A DNA stretch of 56,609 nt, counting the filler, from Sphacelaria rigidula (Eukaryota), in assembly GCA_964200075.2 (NCBI GenBank). It is 6 parts of 6 records of this genome, joined end to end, with 100 filler letters (N's around TTAATTAATTAA, not from the genome) between each part and the next. Parts side by side here need not be neighbours in the genome. Positions count along the whole stretch, not along the records: positions 47,259 to 56,609 come from CAXNAA020008698.1; 5 more parts are not named here. One strand, given 5' to 3'. The notes below the pieces were generated by a model. It was given only the letters and a program-made list of their open reading frames with translations. It was not told the DNA's origin and did not search any database. The position numbers were made by a program, and so were the translations under genes. The first letter of the stretch is position 1. Each line of letters opens with the position of its first letter. Of the stretch, positions 47,461 through 56,609 are shown in pieces.

Positions 47461-50400
47461 CAATCATGCATGCGATTATACTGAAACGTACGGCTTGGTA
47501 TCATTTGGCTACAGCACCCTCGAAGCGAGTTCAAGACAAACGAACGAGCTTGGCAACAAACAAAAACCAGGGCGAAATCTCATACGCCAGATCACAACAA
47601 AATACCATGCTCCGACGCTCATTTACTCGTCAGCGCCCGAGTCAACCGCAATTTGTGCAGTTCCTTCAGAGAAAGTTCAGGCGCAGAAGAATGAAACTTG
47701 CGAGGAGACTCCCACGTACGTTTTCTTCAGCACCGAACATTTCCCAATCGACCAAAGCAATGACATCACCGTTGTCATCCCCAGCGACGTGCACCAAAGC
47801 ATTCATCCGACATTCATTCACCGTGAGCATACGAATGCTGAAACAAACCTTGTAGTTCCGTGGTGATATGTAACTAAGAGTCGGCATGAAGACGTAAAGG
47901 AGCGAGATGGGCCGAGTGTACGGCGCCAGAAACAATGTTCTGCACCGAATACACGTGAGTGTGATCGGCTTCGACCACTCGCCACGGACCAGTCCATGTG
48001 AACATCAACTTGGACGTCACACCTTGCCTACGAACACGGGCATACAATACGAAATCGCCAACTTCAAACTTGGGTAACGCAGCGTGGTCCTGAGCAAGCT
48101 TGCGTTTGGTTTCGCGAGACACCGCGACAGCAGCTCGCACTTCGGTACAAAACCGCACTTGCTCGTCAACCACGCCTCGAACCTTGTCACGCAACGTATC
48201 AGCATCCATGACATCGACATTTCACTCGCCGCCAGTGACAGAAGACAGCGCGGAAAACGCTGTACGCGGCGCACGCCCAAACATCACACAATACGGAGTG
48301 TTACGGTAGCGTTCACGAAAAGAAGTATTTAACGCCCACTGAGCAGCTGGCAAAACATCAATCCATTCAGGCACCGGCCGTCTTTGTTCAGACAAAGTGG
48401 ACCGCAAGGCACGAACAACCTCGTTCACCATGCGTTCTTGAGCACCATTCAACCAAGGGGTACACGCAACGGCAAACTGGTGTTGTACCTTGAGCGCGTC
48501 GCTCAGCTCCGCGACTACTCGACTCTTGAAGTGCGTGGCGGTATGATTAACCCACACACGCGGCACCCCCAAGGTCTTGCACCAATGGAGCAAGTGCTTA
48601 GCCGCACCCTCGGCGGTGCAAGCCTCGGTCGACTCCATGCAAATGAAATTGGACAAATCATCCATGATAATCAAGACGTACCGAGAACCATCCTCATCAG
48701 GCAAACCATTAGCACCTTCAGGTCTGCTACTTCCGACGTACAGAAAATCAAAATGAGCAAATTCACCTGGCGCAGTACCATGCACAGTATCGCCATACGG
48801 ACGAGGTACGATCGCACCAGCACGAGTGTCTACACAATACAAACACTGGCGAACGAACCCGCGAACGTGAGAATCCATGTGGGGCCACACACAGTATTCG
48901 TTCAAACGAACCTGAGTCGGTGCCACACCACGGTGACCAGCCGACCGCATGTGAGCGCACACCATCAAGCGAGTTTGTAGAGCCTCATCATCTGACGGAA
49001 TCCACAAAATATCACTACTGCCAACACGCGCGCGGAACAAACCATCGTCAGCCAAAGTAGATTGACCGAAAGTCGTAGGAGAAGAATGGACACCTTCGCC
49101 GACTGTTTTGTGCTGCGCGGTACCAATGGCATCTAACAAGGGCAGCGAATCATCGGCATCACACGGGCTGTACACGGCAATAGAACGAACAGGCACGGTA
49201 GGAACCTTCACCCGGCGAGACAACAAACCTCCCCAACAATTTTGCTCTCCAAGAATGTGTTCAATGGCATACCGATATTGGCCTAATACTCCTTTCCAAT
49301 TTTCAAGCCGTTGCGTCATGGCCTTCGTCACCGATAGGACTTACTCGTCGGGGTCGAAAATGTATCTCAGATCGCGATGATCAGTGGAAATGCGAACACC
49401 ACCCCAAAGCAAGTACTCTAGCCTTCGAAGTGTATCGACTACCGCGAAACCTTCTTCGTTCACTGTCGCCCATCGCAACTGTGAACCCTTGAAGCCACTA
49501 CTCAGAAAAGCCGACGGTTCGTCTTACGTTTTCTCGAGCGCAATGTGCCTACTAAACTCGGCGACAGGTACTTGCGTTGAAGAATTACCCCAGTGGAAAT
49601 CTGAAGCATCTGGAAACATCAGAACAACGCACCCTGGACGAGGATGATACAGCGGCACCGCTTGCGCCACCAAACCTCGCGCAGCATGCCATGCCCGCAC
49701 AGGATCCTCCGTCCAAGCGTCCTCCGGGATGATACGATTACGCGCCACCCGCTTGGTTCGACGCGAAGCCCCGACCAAGAGCTGTTCCAGAAACACACGA
49801 AGCGGCGCAACTACTTCCGCCATGCGCGGAAGCGAAGTCCGCAACCAACTTACCGTCTGCAGAGACTGCATCAGCTCACTGGCGGTTTGAGGACGTCGAA
49901 TATTGCCCAAACCTTGGATGCGGACGGCATCATGCAAAACAGTACCCTTGGAGTACACCTTACCACACCAAACCACTCCGCTGGCAGAAAAAGTGCTCTT
50001 GTGCGCCGTGACGAACAGACGAACACGCTCCAAGCTGCCAAGACTTCCGTCAAGCAAAGCTAACAATGATTCTTCGGTTTCAGCAAAATAGAGAACGTCA
50101 TCCACCCACACTTTACAGCCTAGACCTCGCAAAAATGTCAGTCAGGACACCTCGGAAATACGCCGTGGCGTTCAACACGCCCTGTGGGACACGAGTAGGC
50201 GTGAACAAACCTTAAGGCGTGACGATCTTGAAGATCTCCTGAGCATCCGGCGCCAGAGGCATCTGCTAATACCTCTGTAGCAGGTCCAACTTGCCGAAGC
50301 ATCGGGCTCCCAGCAACTCCCGCATGTCTTCTTGGCTTGGCATCCCCCCCGGAGACTGTTCCACTTGCGCGTTCACCGCGTGATAGTCGCTGACCAAACG

Positions 50401-53009
50401 GAATGCGTCCCTCTTCGGCACCGCCATCGCCGGACTTGCCCACACAGCCTGGATGTTCCTAACCACTAAACCAAGTGCCACCAAAGCTGCGATGCATGAG
50501 GCAAGCCACCCCGTCTTCACCGAATCGTAACGTCGGGGCTTGGCCTTCACAGCCTTTGCCTGTGGCTTGATTTGCACCCTCATGGGCTCTACGCGCGCTG
50601 GCGGGTCACCACGCAGCGCAAGACGAAAGGTATCCACGCGAAAAGCCAAAATATCACACAGACAATGTGCGCCATCGGCGCTCAGGCCCTTCTGCTCGGC
50701 CTGCTGCACGCTATCCTCTAGCGCACGTTCTCTTGCACCTCTGCCTTCCGCTGGGTCCACGAACATGTCGGGCCCCTGATCGACCAAGCGCTCCGCCGCT
50801 TTATCCGCAGGAGTCTCTCCCTTATTGGCGCTCTAGAGTGGTGGTATGGATACGGTCACACGCCTCGCAGCAAGATAGCTGGGGTTTTCCGCGCCGGTTT
50901 GCACCGGCACAGCACGCAGACGTAACTTATACAACGCCAGCGGATACAAATCAATCCCGAGCTCCTTCATTGTCGCCATCCCAAACAAAACCACATTGTT
51001 TCTGCCGGGCATGGCAGCGAACGTGATGGGCTGCAACTCCACAGCCCCCCGCGGCGTACGCACGCTGACAGTAATCGGCACCGTTTTATGTGTAACCGTC
51101 ACGGGAGCACCCGTGGCGGTCTGTGCCGTTTGCGATCCGTTTTCAAACGGAATCTGCAGCTGAGCGCCGCCAAACTGCGAAGACATTGGTCCTAGCAACC
51201 CCACACCGATCGACGTGAGCGCGGACCCAGAATCCAGAATAACGCGGGCCATGAACGAACCTACGGAACCAGGCAAGGAAAGATCTGCCGAAGAGCCCTG
51301 GTCGATACCAAGAGTCGCCTGACACCAGGGCTGCGCTCCAGTACTGGGCATCGTTATCTGAGAATCGGTGGTCCACCCAGACCACGTCGCCAAATATGCA
51401 GACGGCGCTGTTACAGCCGTCGCAGCAATAGGGAATGCACCAGACACGGATCCTGCCTGGCCCACGGGTTGTGAACTATTAGCTCCAGCACACCCCACTG
51501 AAGATTTGCATTTCCCACGTACACTGTTCGCCCCGACACAGACGAACCAGAAGATCCAGAGTCACCACCTGATGACGTAGTGAAAGGAACAGCAGCGGAG
51601 GAACCACCATCCACCGCGGATTGCTTGCTACCGCGGCCGCCGCGCCCACGTCCCTGGTCGGCACGGCCCCGTCGATCGTGACGACCGCCTCGAGATCCTG
51701 ATAAAAATCTCGTGCATTTCCTTGAGCAGCGCCTTGAGCGCGAGGCTTGGGGCAGTCCTTAATCAGATGTCCGGTGTCACCGCAGTTGTAACACGCGCGA
51801 GTGGACGACGCTCGCGAAGATGGCTGCTGTTGCTGTTGCTGTTGCTGTTACCGTCTGCGGCGTGCACCACCTGCATTTGCCGCAGAGTCGCGCCGGCCAT
51901 GTGCCGCAATGAACTCCCACTGGTCGGCGGCTTCAAATATTTTGTGGAACACCACCGTTGGATTTTTTCCCCATCCGTCTACATACGTTAGTACGCTTAT
52001 AACATACACCTCGAATTCCGGAGGCGAAATCCCGTCTACCAAAGCTGTGGAAACCGACTCGGCCGGGCCTGGCAACCAGCTCCTATCCTCCGCACGGCAC
52101 ATGGCTTGCACCGTGAGGTTTTCAGCGAAACAAATTTTCATCGATGAGTTGACCACCATCGCCTGATCCTTGACGGGTGTTCCGCCGCTTTGTGGCATAG
52201 TAAGAAGTGTCTACGTGGGTCTGCTGCAGTCCGTGCGGTGTCATGCTTGCCGCCGGTTGTGGTGTACCCGGCATGCTGCTTCACAGCATCTAGCAATTCG
52301 TCGGGGGTCATAGCTCGACGGTCCTTGTACATGCCTTCAAAGCACCGATGAATGTATGTACGTATGAGTTGGTTGACCTATGCTCACCCTAGCATACCTT
52401 ACAACTCCTTGAGCATTTGCAAGGTACAACCTCTCTATGTAGTCGAGATATGCTGCGTAGAAAAATCTTTATGCTTCCTTGGTCCACACCTCGCCATACT
52501 TTGGCGGGTCTAGCGGCTCACCTAACACCAGCGGCGCTGCCGCCACTTGAGCCATGTCGTGTAGGTTTCACCACTTCACGGAGAGACTCTTGCCTGACTT
52601 ATGCGTCCACCAGCCCACGGGGCGTCCTCTACTGCTGTGCGCTTGAAGTTGTCTCCTTCCGTCTGCTGGCCAAACTGCTTCCAGCTGCGGCCCACTTTTC
52701 TCCTCAGCCGAACTCCTCTAACAGAGTGCCGAAGAGAATAATATCTAGATATGGTAGCCTCTGCCAGACGATCTGGACAAATGGCCTTTCAACGAGGGAC
52801 TCCTCCAGTATCACTGCCCTCGTGCTCGACAAGTCCTTTCTTCTCACTTGCTATTATCACGGAGTGATCCTCAACAGATCACGAGCCAGACAGCAAGGGG
52901 CCACAGAGATAAGGGTAATAAATCCAGGGTCCCCTGTCCCCTGCCACTGCTCCAATCATGCATGCGATTTGTACCGAAACCTTGCGGCTTGGTATATTAT
53001 GTGGCTACG
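47461..53009 (-). mobile_element. Near full-length degenerate Ty3/Gypsy chromodomain-bearing LTR retrotransposon (family A)
   Basis: Gag-like region from about 52555; protease VILDSGS; RT GKLDLLQ and KVWVDDV; RNase H MFPDASD and TDHR; integrase CAH..GHRG..CLYC, HFDFL, MDDLSNF, WTGPWRV; chromo-like tail ALVDW..FGAEE. LTR remnants 47461-47513 and 52953-53009 align (CAATCATGCATGCGATT..GAAAC..CGGCTTGGTAT..TGGCTAC). Confidence 0.93.
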
Positions 53010-53489
53010 AGGCAAAAGAGAAGTATGGACTATTATTATACACATAGTAGCATAGATCCGGCATTTCATGCAGCGTACCGCGTGTATTGTACAGCCATAC
53101 GGGAGTGGTTCTACGGTAGGAATGCACAATTATTTGTTTTCTGAGGCTCTACGCTTTCACGCGTCGGACAGATCAGGTCGTGACAGATTCGGGTCGGCTC
53201 ATTTGGGCCATGGATCGTCACCTGTCCGAGGTGTGCATATACTGTCAACTGTATCACGGTTCGGACAAATGAAATCGTGGTTCAACTCGTGTTCATCATT
53301 TGAACGAATAAATAATACGATACGTACATCATTCGTGATTTGTACATGTTTTGAGTTCGTGATTCGTACGACACAAATTGAAGCATACACGTTCCGAGTT
53401 TGTGATTCGTGCGGTACATCGTGGAAGTTACGCATTTCCTACCTTCCGTTCATACGGGGTAAACCATGGGCACACAGTTATCTCCTTTA

Positions 53490-54800
53490 ATTCATGCGGG
53501 ACGAATCATGTGTACATGTCGCCCGACGCTTAGTTCATTCGGCATGAATCGCATGTACATCTGCCCGCCCTCGAGTTCATGCGGGACGAATCATGTGTAC
53601 ATGTCGCCCAACGCTTAGTTCATTCGGTATGAATCGCATGTACATCTGCCCGCCCTTCAGCTCATGCGGGACGAATGACGTGTACATGTCGCCCAACGCT
53701 TAGTTCATTCGGTATGAATCGTGTGTACGTCTGCCCTGGAGTATCCCCCCCCCCCAACCTGGAGTCTCCCGGTGTGGATGACACCCGGAAGTATTTGGGG
53801 GGAAAGGGGGGGGGATACGCAAACTAGTATCGTGCTTCAAGTTGTGTGGTTTGAGGTGTGGTTTTGGAACATCCATCATCGACGTTGGTCGTCCCGGTGG
53901 CTCCGTTGGTAACCTCGAACCCTTCTGACGGTTGGGTCGAGGGGTTCGAATATCGGAGCGATCTGGCATTTTTTCCAACACAATGCCCAACGGTGGAGAG
54001 CGACTATGTCGCGGGTACGCAAAGTTGGACTTCATGGTCGACGAGGGAAAGGTGCTGCTGAACCCATCTCGCGATAGTACATGAAGGCAAACACCGCAGA
54101 AGAAAGGGTGGAGAATTGTAACAAGCAAAGAAGAAAACACTCCTGTGTTGACCTTTATCCTGTGTGACCCCGGCTGGTGCCCCCACATATACCGAAAGGT
54201 GTAGACCGGTGTCTAGAATAGATGGGACAACACACACACACGCCCACACGCGCATTATGTGTGTAGTGACTTCTTGATTCACACATGAAACAAATCGTAC
54301 GGTCCCGCAGAGGGCGGCGGTTTGTTCCCGCTTTCTACCCGTGATTCATGAGTCGTGAATCGTGGGCACGTGATTTCCACCTTGCCTTCATACGACATGA
54401 ATCAGGTGTACATGTTTCCAACCTTCCCGTCATTCGGCATGAATCAAGGAGATATATTCTCCCCTCTTCATCATGAATCCATGAATCAGGGAAACATGCT
54501 TCCCACCTTGCCTTCATATGACATGAATCATGGGTACACATGTATCCCCCTTAGTTCATGCGGGATGAATCAATCATGTGTACATGTCACCCACCCTTGC
54601 GTTCATGCGGGATGAATCGTTGATACATATCTCCTACTTTCAAATCATACGGCATAAATCATTGATACATGTCGTTGCTCTTGAGTTCATGCGGGGTGAA
54701 TCGTGAGTACATCTTCCTCCTGTCGAGTTTATGCGGGATGGATCATGGGTAAATGTGGCTCACCCTTTGGTTCATGGAGGATGACTCATGATCATGTGTG
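53490..54800 (+). repeat. Minisatellite of about 42-43-bp units, interrupted at about 53740-54335
   Basis: Units approximate GTTCATGCGGGACGAATCATGTGTACATGTCGCCCAACGCTTA and GTTCATTCGGYATGAATCGCATGTACATCTGCCCGCCCTCGA, alternating at 53490-53735. More diverged units lie at 54340-54800. Confidence 0.85.
53887..54253 (+). mobile_element. tRNA-derived SINE, family 1 (full length)
   Basis: A-box TGGCTCCGTTGG, B-box GGTTCGAAT, a body homologous to 4410-4784 and a (CA)n tail. Confidence 0.82.
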
Positions 54801-55024
54801 TTTTCACCACTGTTTCGTACATGGACAATGATTCGTACGTATTTTTCAATACTGATTCGTGTTACACAACCTGAACTGTACACATTTCATGTCCATGGTT
54901 CGTGCAGCATGACCTTGAATATATAACTTCACCATTCGTGATTCGTACCGTTTGACTCGTTGGTACATGGTTCGCAGTCAAACATTCATTGGGAGTCAAG
55001 CCGTATGAACTCTGATTCGCCGAA

Positions 55025-56066
55025 CCGGGATAGGATTTCGCTCTTTGTGCGCATTTTTTTTTATGCTCGTTTTACCATTTTTTATGCTCAAAAGTGAACA
55101 TTTTGCGCCGACTCATGCGTATTTTGGTAAAATATGCGCGACTTATTTTGCGCGTTTTTCGCGTCTTTTTTGAGGCGGTTCCTGGCGGGTTCCTGGCGGT
55201 ACCGCCCATGGAACGTACCTTCCAGTAAGAAAACAAGACGGCACGTTCAACATTTATTTCGAGATTTCACGATTGCTTTAAGAATGATAGGACCGCTCAT
55301 TTTTTCTCCGTCCATTGGCTTTGAAGGCCGTGATAAAAAAAATCAAAATAATCAAAATACTTGACATGAAAAAAAACAAATCTGCGCTGTTTTCTCTCGC
55401 CCTTTGCTCCTCAGCGGTCTCCTTCGCGTCGCGTCCGCACCTCGGTCACCTCGACCTCTTTCTGCTCTGCCATAGTAGTGTAGTGTTCACTACTGCACTG
55501 TCGGTGCACTGTGCACTATGCGCTGTACGCTGTACAGTTATCGATTGGGCTATTTGGTGTGTGACGTTGTGGCGGTAGCCGCTCGTTGATGTGAAAAATG
55601 ATACACTTTTTGTCCATCACTTTCACATGAAAACGTGAAGTAGTTTACATGCAGCACAATAACCGATATCAGACCCGCAACAACCAATATAGCCACTGTT
55701 TTCTATGAATTATGACACATTTTTTCAAAATTAATTTCACATAAACATGAAGTAACTCACATACAGCACCATAACCGATATCACACCCGCAACAAAGTTC
55801 AAAAAAAGAAATTACGAACACAAACGCCACGACTCCACGAACCACGCCTCATGAAGCACGCGTGGGCAGCTACTAGCTGCTGGACATGGGGTGCATAATC
55901 CCGTTGGAGTACTATATGCGTCAAGTTATGAGTAAAACTTAGCTTTTATGCCTTTGTTATGCTGAAATATAAAAACAAATGTAAAAAAAGAACGCATACG
56001 CTTATGCGCAAAAACCCGTTTTATGCGAAATATATGCGCGCATAAAGAGCAAAAGCCTAGACCGTG
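55025..56066. mobile_element. Probable non-autonomous TIR element of about 1 kb
   Basis: Left TAGGATTTCGCTCTTTGTGCGC versus the reverse complement of right GCGCATAAAGAGCAAAAGCCTA. TTATGC/TTTGCG subterminal motifs at both ends. Internal duplication at about 55625-55795. Confidence 0.5.
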
Positions 56067-56484
56067 AACTGTATGACCGTTTGTCTGATGGTGATCTGTA
56101 GGACCCGCTTGAGCGTAGTACATGATTGCCCAGTGACGAGCTGTACGACCTGCGTCGTGCACACACGTTCATATACAACTGATCTGCAAGAATGTGTCAT
56201 CCGCACCAAGGGGCCTTACAGACTGAAATAAGTTATTCACCGCCCCCGATTGCCGAAAAACCTCATTCCGGGCGACGGGTGGGGGGGGGGTACCCTATTT
56301 TGGAGGGGTAGGTACCCCCCTAATCAGATGGATAATGACGATAGTAGGTACTATACTGTGCAGCACGTGCATGAACGGCTTTTCCCGGCTTGTGCCAGGC
56401 TTACGTTCAAGATGTGTATGCTATGGCTGCACGACAGGTGGTAGGGGTACGTCGAGCCTTGGCTAAGCAACGTTTATATTTGCT

Positions 56485-56609
56485 GTGTCTGTGTCTGTGT
56501 CTGTGCTGTCGTCCCATCTGTTCTGGACGCCAGTCTACACCTTTCGGTATATATGGGCGCACGAGCCGGGGTCATACAGGAGGAAGGCTAACACAGGAGG
56601 AAGGCTAAC
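56485..56609 (-). mobile_element. SINE family 1, 3' end, truncated by the window end
   Basis: (TGTGTC)n tail followed by GTCGTCCCATCTGTTCTGGACGCCAG..GCCGGGGTCATACAGGAGGAAGG, as in the other copies. Confidence 0.75.

Noticed and set aside
53490..53735. CRISPR-like array
   Set aside because: The putative spacers are themselves repeated and related to the repeat. The context is eukaryotic with no cas genes, so it is a minisatellite.
53887..53960. tRNA gene
   Set aside because: A/B boxes are present but are followed by a SINE body and CA tail. No convincing cloverleaf or oligo-T terminator.

Overview
Eukaryotic nuclear DNA, most likely from a brown alga. This is inferred from GT-AG spliced genes, Ectocarpus-like SINEs and Gypsy elements. 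The window is not one locus. It is six contigs of 9353, 9352, 9351, 9351, 9351 and 9351 bp joined by five identical 100-bp artificial spacers (44 N + TTAATTAATTAA + 44 N), which points to a length-sorted bin of unplaced contigs, so adjacency across spacers means nothing. Contig 1 (1-9353): first exon of a WBP11-like gene plus MITEs and SINEs. Contig 2 (9454-18805): five internal exons of a P4-type ATPase (phospholipid flippase), with several TIR/foldback elements in and upstream of its introns. Contig 3 (18906-28256): two degenerate Ty3/Gypsy elements in tandem and LINE fragments. Contig 4 (28357-37707): MITEs, a long palindrome and a golgin GRAB-domain exon. Contig 5 (37808-47158): an apparently complete 7-exon gene for an unrecognised Ala-rich protein with a glycine-zipper segment and proline-punctuated amphipathic repeats. 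Contig 6 (47259-56609): a near full-length decayed chromodomain-bearing Gypsy element, a minisatellite and SINEs. Most of the supplied ORF track is spurious. I found no clearly new multi-gene system. The best leads are the orphan amphipathic-repeat protein, a Gypsy integrase with a chromodomain plus a possible Tudor/PWWP-like domain, and a WVDD-type reverse transcriptase family.
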